Origin: Neovahlkampfia damariscottae
Taxonomy: Eukaryota
NCBI GenBank assembly: GCA_016618085.1
Contig: JABLTG010000024.1
Location: forward strand, 1-64,000
Direction of reading: 5' to 3'
DNA: 64,000 nt
The notes under the pieces were generated by a model. That model saw nothing but the letters and a program-made list of their open reading frames with translations, searched no databases and was not told the origin of the DNA. The number at the start of each line of letters is the position of its first letter. Within the stretch, counting starts at the first letter, position 1. The position numbers and the translations under genes were made by a program. Positions 12,295-26,001 of this stretch are shown here, piece after piece.

Positions 12295-15200
12295 ATGGAA
12301 AAGTACGACACAACAAACAAAACAGTGGTTTTTACTTCCTCCGTGACGGAAATATTCCAGACTATAAACCTGGAAACAAAGGAAGTGGTATTGATCAAGC
12401 AACCGTCACTGCAATTTCCACCAGCTCCGGTGATAGAAAATTATTTCAAAGAATTTCAATACGGAAAGCTTCTTCACAATAGATTTCCAGAAAGTTTTGT
12501 GAAGTTTCACAAACTCCTTGAAACAGAAAACTCCGTAGCTATCATTCAAAGACCAGAAGGGGTTTCTTTGGAAAATTGGCTATCAAAGAATGGTTCATTT
12601 GAATTCAAAGCATTTCTTGAACTTGCAATTGGACTCACTGACACAGTTGTAAAGTTACATTCCATGAATTGTATTCACAGAGATATAAAACCATCAAATT
12701 TTGTTTTTGAAGAAGGAAAGAAACCAAAATTGATTGATTTTGGTACAACTGTCATGGTTTCAAAGAAATCACCTTCAGTTACTGTAAGTCACCCAACAGG
12801 AACTTTCTTGTATATGAGGTAAAAGTGATTGAACAATTAAAACAATTTTAGTCCTGAACAAACAGGAAGAATATCAAAGAGCATAGATTTTAGAAGTGAT
12901 ATATATTCACTTGGAATATCATTTTATCAACTTTTATCGAACAAAGTTCCTTTTGAAGGAGACAAGATGAGTTTAGTTCATTCTCACATCACAAAGAAGA
13001 TTCCTTTACTTTCAAATGTTCCAAAACAAATGAATGACATTTTAGCTAAAATGTGCGCAAAAAATCCAAATGAAAGATATTCCACAGCTTTAGGACTTCA
13101 AAAAGATTTAATTTATTGCTTGGATAACATTTCAAAAATTGATGATCTTTCTTTTCCTTGTGGAGCAAACGATGTGGAACAATTTCAAATTCCAAACAAG
13201 TTATATGGTAGAGAAGATGTATTATTCATGTTGAGAAGTTATATAAAATCCATAGATTCAAAGATGTGTTGTATATCTGGTTATAGGTAATTTCAAAAAT
13301 ATTTGATCAATTTTTAGTGGTTGTGGAAAAACTAAATTGATAGAAGAATTGACTAAAGATCCGAAGTCAAATTTATTATTGGCTTTTGGAAAATATGATC
13401 AATTTGATCGTTCAACTCCTTATTCTGCTTTCATCAAGTTTTGCTTTTTTTTACTAAACCTAAATAGGATATGTAAATCAATTTTGTTACAAATTGCGGG
13501 AGATGACGAAGAATATAAGAGTAATATAACTGAAATAATGAGATTATATATGATAAATGACTTTGGTGGAGTCATGAGTAACCTTCTTCCAGAAATCGAA
13601 ATTTTTATTGGTGAACAAAAAGAACCACAACCTCTTCCAAGGACAGAAGAAGTTCAAAAACGATTATTTAACACATTTAACACATTTTTTAATTGTTTTA
13701 CTGATCAAAAACAATTAATTTTAGTTATTGATGATTTACAATGGGCAGATGCTGCTTCTCTTCAACTATTGGAAAAATTGTTATCTTTAGAAGAAAGTAA
13801 AATATTTCTCATTGGAGCATTTCGTGATAATGAAGTTGATCAATCTCATCCATTAATGCAAATCATTGATCAGTATCCTACAATCAAAAGAATTCATTTA
13901 GAACCTTTAAAACTTGATTATTTGAATGAAATGATTAGTGAGACATTAATGTTACCTGAAAAGGAAATTTTTGAACTTGGTGAATTGATTCACAAAAAAA
14001 CAATGGGAAATCCACTTTTCTCTCGAGAATTTTTGATCACTTTATATGAAGAGAATTTAATACATTTAGACAATGACAAATGGATATGGGATTTGGAAAG
14101 AATTCAAGATTTAAATTTTAGTTCAAATGTCATTGATTTTATGATTCAAAATTTAAAAAAAGAATCAAAAGAAATGCAAAAAGTTTTATCACTTGCTTCT
14201 TGTCTTGGAAATACATTTTCTATAAATCAACTTTCTTTGATTTGGAATGATGAAAAAGATTTAATGACAACTTTATTAGAACCAACTCAAAAAGGATGGA
14301 TTATTCAATTGAGTTCACATGAATATCAATTTTATCATGATAGATTACAACAATCAAGTTATGAACTATGTTCAGAAGAAGAATTAAAAAATTCTCATTT
14401 CATCATTGGAACAGCATTGTTAAAAAAATTTAAATCTAATCAAGCAAAAGAGAATTTATTCAAAACTGTAAAACATTTGAATATTGCAAGATCATTGGTC
14501 CAAGATAAAAATGAACTACTTCAGTTAAATGTGAGAGCAGCAGAACAATGTTTAGCAAACAGTGCAGTTAAAGAAGCACATGAATATTCATCAATAGCAA
14601 TCAGTTTATTAGAAAAAGATCATTGGAAAAATAATTATGATAATTCATTTCTTGCATATTCAGTTCATGCAAATACTTGTTACAGAATTTCAGATGTAAA
14701 AAATTCAGAAATTTATTTTCAATTTCTCCTTGATAATTCCAATAATAGAGTTCATACTTTAAAAACTTATGCAAATTTTATGAAAATGGCATCATTGACA
14801 ATTCAATATGACAAAGGAGTATATTTACTATTGGAAACATTCAAAATGTTTGATATAACAAAAGATCTTCAATTTATTTTATTGGATATTCAAAAATTAA
14901 TGGGATGGATATTTGGTATCAAGAAAAAAATTTCAGATCAAATTGAACAACTTGGTGGTATCAATAGACTTGATGAAGAACTTCCAAAATGTGAAGATGA
15001 AGAAATTATTTTATTTCATAACGTTCTTGCAGAAGTCTCTGATTCACTTTACATAAGCAAGAAATCAAATCCTTTTTTAACTGCTTCCTGTCCTTTAATT
15101 TCATTATTGTTAATTTTGAATCATGGTCTAACTGATTATTCACCTGAAGCATTTGCTATGAGTGGATTTTATTTTTCATGTTTCTTTAAAGATCCAAACG

Positions 15201-17789
15201 GATATGAATTATCACAATTTACTGAAAAGTTAGTTCAAAAATCAAAAGGAAATCCTGTTTATAATGTAGCTCTTGTTGAATTTGCAGTTGGGTTAACTTC
15301 TCAATTTGGAGGAACTATTCGAGAATTTCGATATCATACAGAAGAAGCAATCAAATACTCTTTGTCCAATGCTGAGTATGTATTTGTGAATTATGCAATG
15401 AATAACTATGGTGTTTCACATGCATTAAATGGATATTTCCTTCCTACCATCATTCAAAAGATGAAAAATTATCAAAATGTAAGAAAATGATGATGATCTA
15501 AATTTTTAGTGGATTGTCAAATTGGGAAATGATTTTGGTCATGATATTCTTGAAACTCAAATACATTTCATGCAAGATATTGCAGGAATTAAGTCATATT
15601 CACCAGAGTGTCGTTTAAAAGAGATTGGTAATTCCATGTCAATTTCTACATTCTTGATCTATGAAGGAATTCTAAAATATTTGACTTTTGAGTATGAAAG
15701 TGCTTTGGAAAAATTTGAAACAATGGAACCAAGAGCAAAAGAAAATTTAGGACTCCCACTTTATTATGAAAGATTCTTTTATCATTGTTTAACATTGATT
15801 CACCTTTATGAATCCACAGGAAATGAATTATTTAAGGAAAAATTGTCACCATTAATGGATGAATTCAAATCATTTTCTGCACTTGGAATTAGAACTTTTG
15901 AACCAAGATACCAATTACTTTCTCTTGCATTAGAAACAGTTAGTGATAAAATGGATTATTTTGATACAATCAATCAATTTGAAGAATGTATTACTGTATT
16001 ACAAAAGAATTCTATGATTATTCCTTCAGCAGTTGCATCAATGTTATTATTGGAATACACAACAAAAAAGAAATCTTCACCTTCAATTTCACAAATGTAT
16101 TATGATAGTGTTATTTCATTGTGGGAAGGAATTCAAGCAAAGGGAATGATTATTCATCTTAAAACAAAATATCCTTCTTATTCTGTAAAAAGAAGCTCAA
16201 GTAGATCAAAATTATCTAATACTACAACAATGAATGCTACAGCAACTGAACCACTTGCTTATATTTCTTCTGATACTTCTCTTGATATGATGAGTATTGT
16301 AAAAGCATCTCAAGCATTATCAGTTGAATTGACACTTTCAACGCTTATCACACAAGTCATGAAAATTATCCTTGAAAATGTTGGAGCTGAGAGGGGCATT
16401 TTACTTATGTTTGAAAAAAATGAACTTCAAATCAAAGCTATTGCAGATACAACTAACGTTACTTTATTGAATCAAAATATTAATTCAATGAAAGATATTC
16501 TTTATTATACTTTAATTGATATAGTAAAAGCAACAAAGAAAGAAATTATTCTTGAAAATGCTTTGACATCTTTATATTCACAAAATTCTTATGTGATAAA
16601 AAATAAATCAAAATCAATTTTTGTTCATCCAATTTTAAAGGGAAGTAATTTAATTGGAATTATTTACCTTGAAAATAATTCAATTGAAGGTACATTTAAT
16701 GTCAATAGAAAAATTGTTCTTGGTCACATTAGTTCTCAATTAGCTATTTCATATGAAAATGCAACATTATATGAAGAAGTACAAATATTGAATAAGTCTT
16801 ATGAAAGATTTCTTCCAAAAGAATTCTTAAATCAATTAGGAAAAGGAGATGTCACTAAAATAAAAAAAGGAGATGCTACAACTAAAAAAATGTCAGTAAT
16901 GTTTTCTGATATTCGATCTTTTACAAATTTAACAGAAAAAATGAATTCTGAAGAAAGTTTCTCTTTTGTGAATGATATACTTTCCTATTTGGCTCCAATC
17001 ATTTCAAAACATAATGGTTTTATTGATAAATTCTTAGGTGATTGCATAATGGCTTTATTTCCATATGAAGTTGATGATTCAATCAAATGTGGTCTTGAAA
17101 TGATAAAAGCTTTGGATGAATTTAACAAAACACAAAGAACTGGTTTAATGCCTGTAAAAATGGGAATTGGAATCAATTATGGTGATGTAATGATTGGAAC
17201 ACTTGGAGCTGAAGAACGTCTTGATGGAACTGTTATATCAGATGCAGTAAATACGGCATCAAGAGTTGAAAGTTTAACAAAAAGACTTGGTGCAACATTT
17301 GTGGTTACTCAAAATGTTGTTGATAATTTAAAGAATGTGTACTCAAATAGATGCATTGGTAAATTTTTATTAAAAGGAAAAGATATACCTATGACTTTAT
17401 ATCACATGATAGATACAAATTCAAATCAAGATATTAACAGTTTTGAAGTTGGATTGATGGAATTTAGTTCACAAAATTTTTCAAGAGCGAAATCTATTTT
17501 CACTAAAATCAATGATGATACATCAAATTATCTTTCTCAAGTTTGTGATATCTATAATGGATATACTTTTCCTGATGAATGGAATGGAGAAATTAAAATT
17601 GATAAAGATGGAAATCCTGAAAAATCAGAAAATCAAACTATTCTTCAAAGAAAAGTGGAAGAATTTTCAAAAGAGAAAATTGAAAATTTATCATTTGATA
17701 AATTGACACTTGAAAAGAAAAGAGAAATTTTGAGTTTGTTATCTTCAAAATATTCAAATGAAAAAGAAGTTGAACAATTTTTCAATTAA
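12295..17789 (+). CDS. Ser/Thr kinase - AAA(STAND) ATPase - helical region - GAF - class III adenylyl cyclase (paralog 1)
   Basis: HRDIKPSN, DFG, GTFLYMSPE; Walker A GYSGCGKT, Walker B IDDLQWAD, GNPLF; GAF IIYLENN; cyclase FSDIRSFT, DKFLGD, DAVNTASRVE; introns 12819-12851, 13287-13317, 13438-13467, 15479-15509. Confidence 0.9.
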
Positions 17790-17814
17790 ATTAAAAAATT
17801 ATTTTTTGAAATTT

Positions 17815-19783
17815 TTACATTCTGAAAACACCAAATTTACCATCTTTTTCAACTGGTGCATTCAAAGCTGCACTTAAACTTAAACCTAAAACTTTTCTTG
17901 TTTGAGCTGGATCAATAATTGCATCATCCCAAAGTCTTGCACTTGAAAAATATGCATGTGATTCTTTTTCATATTTTTCTCTCATTTCTTTTTTAAATTC
18001 TTCTGATTTTTCTTGATTCCAATCAATTTTTGCTTTTTTTGCTTGAACTTCTTTGATTTGTGTCAATACAAGAGATGCTTGTTCTCCTCCCATAACAGCA
18101 ATTTTAGAATTTGGCCACATAAAGAGAAAACGTGGATCATAAGCTCTTCCACACATTCCATAATTTCCAGCACCATAACTACCTCCAAGTACAACTATAT
18201 TTAAACATTTAAAAATTTTGTTTTTAATTCTTCTACCTGTAAATTTTGGTACTTTTGTACATGAAACAGCATTAACCATTTTAGCACCATGTTTTGCAAT
18301 ACCACCAGATTCATATTCTTTTCCAACCATAAAACCTGTAATATTTTGAAGAAAGATTAAAGGAATTCCACGTTGTGAACATAATTCAATAAAATGAGCA
18401 CCTTTTAAAGCAGATTCACCAAATAAAACACCACCATTTTCCATTGAATTATTTGCAACAATACCAACTGGATAACCATAAATATGAGCAAAACCTGTAA
18501 CAAGTGTAGTACCATATAATTGTTTAAATTCATCAAATCTACTTCCATCAACAAGTCTTGAAATAATTTTTCTGACTAATTTTAAAGTAATCATTTAAAT
18601 GATTCAAAAAATTACCTTCAAATGGTTTCTTTGGATCTTTTGGAATGATTCCATAAATATCTTTTGCATCATATAAAGGTTCTTCAACTTCTCTTGTTTG
18701 TAAAGTAATTTCTTTTTTATAATTTAAATTTGAAATTACTCTTCTACATAAATATAAAGCATGAGAATCATCATTAGCATAATGGTCAGTTACTCCTGAA
18801 ACTCTACAATGAAGATCAGCACCACCTAATTCTTCAGGTGTTACAATTTCATTTGTAGCTGCTTTTACAAGTGGTGGACCTCCTAAATAAATAGTTCCTA
18901 AAGTTCATTTTTAATATAATCCTTTAAAAAGATATTTTACCTTGTTTTTTAACAATTATTGATTCATCTGACATTGCTGGTACATATGCACCTCCTGCTG
19001 TGCATTCACCCATAACAACAGCGATTTGTGGAATACCCATTGAAGACATTTGAGCTTGATTATAAAATATTTTACCAAAATGTTCTTTATCTGGAAAAAC
19101 ATCACTTTGTAATTTAAGCATAGCTCCACCACTATCAACTAAATAAATACATGGTAGTCTATTATTTCTTGCGATTTCTTGAGCTCTAAGATGTTTTTTT
19201 ACTATTGTTTTTTTTTTGTGTTAAATTTTTTTATTTTTCTTTACCTGTAATAGGATAGTAAGTACCTCCTTTTACAGTTGGATCATTAGCAACAATAACA
19301 CATTCTCTACCATGAATTACACCAATACCTGTGATAATTCCACCACCAGCAACTTCTTCATCATAAACTTCATAACCAGCAAAATGTGAAAATTCTAAGA
19401 ATGGAGAGCTTAAAAATGAAGGTTAAATTTAAAAAATTAAAATACCCAGGGTCAACTAAAGAATCAATTCTATCTCTTGGTAATAATTTTCCTCTTTTAA
19501 TTTGTCTTTCTCTTGCTACTTCACCGCCACCTATTTTTTGTTGAAGTTTTAATGATATTTAAAGTTTACCCAATTGAATTTTGTTTATTTTTGTTTTTAA
19601 ATCATCAACTAAAGAAGACATGTATTTGGAATTTTCAATAAATTCTTCAGAATCATTTTCAACTGAACCATCAATAACATTTCCAGTTTTTTCAGCTTCT
19701 GTAATTGAAGTTATGAATCTTTTATTTTGGAAAAGTTTCTCATATTTATTCAATTTGAAATTTCCTTTCACCAACCTTCTCAT
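17815..19783 (-). CDS. MCCC2: Methylcrotonoyl-CoA carboxylase beta (carboxyltransferase) subunit, mitochondrial
   Basis: [57 protein letters not shown]-terminal FGVFRM; several short introns. Confidence 0.93.
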
Positions 19784-19955
19784 ATTTGTCAACGTTTTTT
19801 ATGAGGAATAAAGAAATAATTTGATTGGTTATTCACAAATAATTATAAAAAAAATACTAAAACATTTTCTTTAATCGACAAGAAAATTAAAAAAATGAAA
19901 AAAAAAATTTCAACCAATAATTTCCATCTGCTTTTGAACACAAAAGACCCATTGA

Positions 19956-22900
19956 ATGAACAAACGAACCAGTTACTTTGGTACTGTTGTTGACCAACAA
20001 GACGAAGAAGATTTAGATTTTGATAGTGATTTTGAAGATGAAATATCGTCAGACCATCCATTATATGGTTCAAAAAGTTTTAAAAAACATAATTTTTTTG
20101 GAAAGAAAATATTAGAATCAAATATTTGTTTTGGACAACATTGGGAAGTTGAAGGTGAAGAAGTTTTGAAAAAATATGAAGGAATAAGTATCATTCAAGA
20201 AGTAAAAGAAAAATTTTTCTTGTACAGAGGAACGTTATTCATTACAAATTTTCAAATTTATTTTTTAAAAGAAAAACAAGAAAAAGAAGAAAAATCATTA
20301 TTTGAAAAATTACAAAAAGTAATACATTTCAAATAAATTAATATTTTAAAGACACAATTTTCACTACCTTTGACAAAAATACTTCAAATAGATGAAAAAT
20401 TTTCAAAAGAGGTCAACAAAGTTAATCATAATGGATTTCGAATAATTTCAAAGGTAAACTATTAAAAAAAAAATTCAACTTTAACAGGACTATTTTTATT
20501 ATGATTTTTTATTCATGACAGATGTTCAACCTGCTGTTGAATTTTTAAAAACTTTAATTTTTGGAAAAGAAATAACAAAAACATTTTCTTATGAATACAA
20601 AAGATATACTTCATTATTTACACCAACAGAAATCGCAAATGGTTGGAATATATACAAAGTGAGAGAAGAATTTGAAAGACAAAAAATACCATCATCAAAA
20701 TGGAAGTTTTCATATTTAAATGAGAATTTTGATATATGTTCATCATATCCAAGATGTCTTGTAGTACCAAATATAAATGATGATATTATCATTGCATCTG
20801 CTAAATATCGATCAAAAGGAAGATTACCTGTATTAAGTTGGTGTCATCCATTTCATCAAACACCAATTGTTAGATGTGCTCAACCAAATGCAGGACTTGG
20901 TTTTAGTAGATCAAAAGAAGATGAAATATTAATTGATATTTGTAGACAAACTAATGAATATTCAACTATTATTACAATTATTGATTGTCGTCCAAAGTAA
21001 AAATTAAAAATTGTTAATTTTTAGAGTGAATGCTGTTGCAAATTCATTAAAAGGAAAAGGTTATGAAAATACAGATAATTATAAAAATTGTAAAATTGAA
21101 TTTATGAACATTGAAAATATACACAGCATTTCAGATAGTTTTCAAAAATTAGCTAAAATTTGGAATTCAAATCAAATTTCATTATCAGATTCATCTGATT
21201 GGCTTCAACATATTTCATTGATATTGAAGGCATCCATTAGAACATCCATTTTAATTGAAAAAAGAATACCTGTTTTACTTCATTGTAGTGATGGATGGGA
21301 TAGAACAAGTATCAAATATATATTTAATATCTTTTTTTTAATAGGTCAAGTATCTGCTATTGCTCAATTATTATTGGATCCTTATTATCGTACTATTAAA
21401 GGATTCGAAGTTTTAATTGAAAAAGAATGGATTTCATTTGGACATCGATTTAAAGATAGATGTGGTCATGTTAAAAAAAGTTCAGAAATGTCACCAATTT
21501 TCTTACAATTTATTGATTGTGTTTTTCAAATTACAAAACAATTCCCAAATTATTTTGAATTTAATGATGTTTTTTTATTATTCATTTTAGAACAATCATA
21601 TTCATGTTTATTTGGTAATTTTTTATTTAACAATGAAAAAGAATCATCTATTAAATTGAAATATGAATATACTATTTCAATTTGGACTTATGTTAATTCA
21701 AAACTTGATCAATTTAGAAATCCTCTTTTTGATTCAAAATTAACTAAATTTATTACTCCAAATGTTCATTTAAATCAATTATCAACAAATACTTGGACTA
21801 TTTTAAATTTATATTTATGTAATACATTTCTATATTTTTAATTTTCTCAAAAACTAGTTTCAAAAGATAATCCTTCTTTATTATTTTCAAATTTATTTTC
21901 AAAAACTTCAAAAAAATTATCAGAAATGCATCATTATAAAAATGAAGATTTAAAATATAAAAACATATTAAATAAACAATTAAAGGGAATGGAATCAAAA
22001 ATAAAAGATTTTTTGAATAAAAATGAAGAAATGAATGAAGGAGATGTGAAATCTTTATTATTGAATTTATTAGAGTCAACAAAGAAATTAACAATTTTGA
22101 ATATTGAAACTATAGAAAATGATATTATTTATTACTTTATTGATAAAGTGGAAATTAAAACATTTGATTCTGAGATACCACCTACATCTGCAGTGATCAT
22201 GAAGACAATTGAAAAATTCAAATTTTTTCAAAAAGATTCAAACTTATTTCTTCAGAGAATATATGAATCAATGAGAATAAAGATAGAGGTAATATCATAT
22301 TTAAACTCTAAAAATACTCAAAGAAAACAAAACCTGATCATTGCTTTTTTTGGGTCTCCGTTTTTATTGGTTTAATCAATATTATGGATTTTGAATTTAA
22401 GGAGTTCTCAACTGAATTAGAACAAGATAACTTCTTTAATTTTAAGAAAAATTTGGAGACATTACTATACATAAGTTATTCTAAGATTTTAATTTCAGCT
22501 TATCAAGTAACTTGTTTTATTATTTAACTCTTTAGTCATTGAGTAATATTTTAATACCTAGTTTATTTGGTGATGAGGTTGAAATCATTGAATTGAACGG
22601 TGAAAGTAAAATGGTTGATACTAATGATATTTTAAATGTATTAACAAAATACCATAATTTATGTGAAGAATTTAAAATTTTTAAAGAAATTAGTTCTCAA
22701 TTTTTTTCGAATATATTTCAATTCATGGATGTTTATGTATTGAATTTAATGCTTAAAACATCAAAATATTGCAAAATGTCATACTCAATGCCAATGAAAA
22801 TGCACATTGCAGAAGTTGATAATTGGTCCAATAGTTATAAATATCCATTTAAACTTGAATTGATTAGTCAAATTTCGAAAGTTTTAATGTTAAATAAAGG

Positions 22901-23186
22901 TGATATAATCAAAACTAAACAAGAAATCTGTCCAGATTTATCACCACCTCAACTTGCAAAAATTTTGACCAATTATCAACCAGATGAAATGGATATGGAA
23001 GGAATTTCAAAAGAATTAATCAATGAAATAAGTACAAATGAAGTAAATATAACAGATGAATACAAAAGATATATTCCACAATTGTCAAAATCAATTGAAA
23101 TTCCAAATTGGAGAAAAAATATTGAATTACCAATTGAATGTCAAGAAAGTGAAGATTTTGAATATTTAACTGTTGAAAATGAATAA
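19956..23186 (+). CDS. Myotubularin phosphoinositide phosphatase with C-terminal DIL (dilute) domain
   Basis: GTLFITNF (GRAM-like), RSKGRLP, active site HCSDGWDRTSQ, EKEWISFGH; in-frame via introns 21819-21857, 22289-22323 and 22507-22535 to DIL-like ICPDLSPPQLAKILTNYQPDE. Confidence 0.8.
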
Positions 23187-23253
23187 TTAAATTAAAATTT
23201 AAATTTTTCAATTTTTTTTAAATTTTATTTCTTTTCCGATTGGTTGTTCGCAA

Positions 23254-24319
23254 ATGAGTGTTCAAAAAAAACCAACATGCTGTTTGGTCATCGGAATGGT
23301 AAAAAGAAACAAAAAGTAAACCATAAATAATTAAAGGCAGGTTCTGGTAAGACTACGCTTATGCAAAGAATCAACGCTCATGTTCATGAAAAAAAAATAC
23401 CAAGTTATATTTTAAATTTAGATCCAGCTGTAAACGAAGTTCCTTATAACGTGAATATTGATATAAGAGATACAGTGAATTATAAAAAAGTGATGAAAGA
23501 ATATAACTTAGGACCAAATGGAGGAATTCTGACCTCTTTGAATTTATTCGCCACTAGATTCGGTAAATTAAAGGAAAATTAAAATTTTATCTGTTCAGAT
23601 CAAGTTATAAACATTATGGAAAAAAAAGATATTGAATATTCATTCATTGATACACCAGTACATTTTTTTTTCATTTTTTATTCATTTTAAAGGGTCAAAT
23701 TGAAATTTTTACATGGTCAGCAAGTGGTCAAATTATATCAGAATCACTTGGATCAACATTTCCAACTTGCATTTTATATGTTATTGATACACCTCGTAAT
23801 ATTTCACCTGTCACTTTCATGTCAAATATGCTTTATGCTTGTTCAATTTTTTACAAATTAAAATTACCAATTATCATTGTTTTAAACAAAAGTGATGTTT
23901 TAAAACCTGATTTTATTTTAAAATGGATGAATGATTTTGAGTTATTTCAAGATGCAGTACAAAATGAAACAAGTTATAGTTCAACATTAGCTGGATCCAT
24001 GAGTCTTGTATTAGATGAATTTTATAAAAATTTAACAGCTGTTGGTGTTTCAGCAATGACAGGGTCTGGTATTGATAAATTATTTGAAACAATAAATGAT
24101 GCAAAAAAAGAATATGAAAAGTAAGAAATATTTGTATTATTCAAATTTTATTAAAGGGATTACTTACCAGAGTTGGAAAAGAAAAAAAAAGAGAGAGAAG
24201 AATTTGATAAAAAGAAAAAAGAAGGTGATTTTGAAAGATTAAAACAAGATATGAAAAAAAAAGAAGATGAAAAAGAAGTTGATGATTTTTTAAATACAAT
24301 AAATAAAACTGATAAATAA
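23254..24319 (+). CDS. GPN1: GPN-loop GTPase 1
   Basis: [59 protein letters not shown]; 4 introns. Confidence 0.95.
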
Positions 24320-24466
24320 AAAATATCACTGAGATTTTTGATTGGTTAAAATTATTTTACTTAGTATTATCGACTGATTGGACAACCGTCACTTAAAAAA
24401 CAACTCCTATTGGATGTATTCTCACAATTTAATTGGCTTAAAAATCCTCAATAAAACCAAATTACG

Positions 24467-25982
24467 ATGAGTGGTTAGTGAAAGAAATTTTATTTCTAAA
24501 CTTTTCAGGATCTACTCCAGATTTTAGTGGTTTTTTAAAGAAAAAAGGAGCATTCCCAAATACTTCAATGCAAAGTAAAAAAAAAAAAGAAAGAATTAAA
24601 TATTTTTAAAAAGAAAGATGGTTTGAATTAGTTGGACCACGTTTATTTTATTACAAAACACAAAGTCAAAAAACACCTACAGGTGTTATTCTTATGAAAA
24701 ATTGCAAAATCGAAAAAGATGGAAAGGTGGAAAAAAAGAAAAAAAAAATTAACTTTTTTTTAGAAATCACATGTAATGACAATTGCAGGACCTCATTTAA
24801 AACGAACTTATGAAATTGATTGTGAATCTGAAAAGAATGCTGAATCTTGGATTTCAGCAATTTTAAAACAAACAGAACATAAACAAGCAGTAAGAAAAAA
24901 AAAAGAAAAAATTAATAATTATAAAGAGTATTACAAAAGAAGATAAAGATACTTCGGAATCTAATACAGTTGATATTGCTGGTAAAAAACAACAGGATGT
25001 TTGTTTAGATGACTTTGATTTACTTTGTGTTCTTGGAAGAGGATCATTTGGAAAAGTTATGAAAGTACGAAAAAAAGATACAAAAGAAATATTTGCTATG
25101 AAAATACTTTCCAAAGAAATGCTTATTAAACAAAATATGATTAGTTATACAAAAACTGAAAAAAATATTCTTCAAAGTATTGATCATCCATTTATTGTAT
25201 CTTTGAAATATGCATTTCAAACTGAAGCGAAATTATATTTAGTTTTAACATATTTATCTGGCGGAGAATTATTTTTCCATTTATCCAATGAAGTTAAATT
25301 TACAATTGATAGAACAAGATTTTATGCAGCAGAATTAGTTTTAGCTATTGGACATTTACATTCAATGGATGTTATTTACAGAGATTTAAAACCTGAAAAT
25401 GTTGTTTTGGATTCAGAAGGACATGTTCAAGTTACAGATTTTGGTCTTGCAAAAAAAGATATTAATTCAGAAAATCCAACTTCAACATTTTGTGGTACAC
25501 CAGAATATTTAGCTCCAGAAATTATTAGAGGAAAAGGACATTCAAAACCTGTTGATTGGTGGTCACTTGGAATTCTTATTTATGAAATGCTTGTAGGTTT
25601 ACCACCATTTTATTCAGAAAATATGAATGAAATGTATGAACTTATTTTAAAAGCTCCTCTCAAATTTCCATCTTTTGTACCTTCAGATGCTCAATCTCTT
25701 TTAAAATCTTTACTTGAAAGAGATGAATCAAAAAGACTTGGTTCAGGAAAAGATGATTCAAAAGAAATTCAAAGTCATCCATTCTTTGCTTCAATTGATT
25801 GGGAAAAACTTTATGCAAGAAAAATTACACCACCTTTTGTTCCAGAAACTGGTGATGATGATGATAATGCAAAATACTTTGATAGTGAATTTACTTCTGA
25901 AAGAGTTGTTGATTCATTTGCTGTTAGTGTAAAAGAAGATAAAAATGCTTCATTTGACGGATTTGATTATAATGGAAAATAA
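24467..25982 (+). CDS. PH-domain AGC kinase, Akt/PKB-like
   Basis: Spliced N-terminal PH (GFLKKKG...KRWFELVG...W), GRGSFG, YRDLKPEN, DFG, TFCGTPEY, hydrophobic motif FDGFDY. Confidence 0.9.
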
Positions 25983-26001
25983 ATACTTTTTAAATGATTT
26001 T

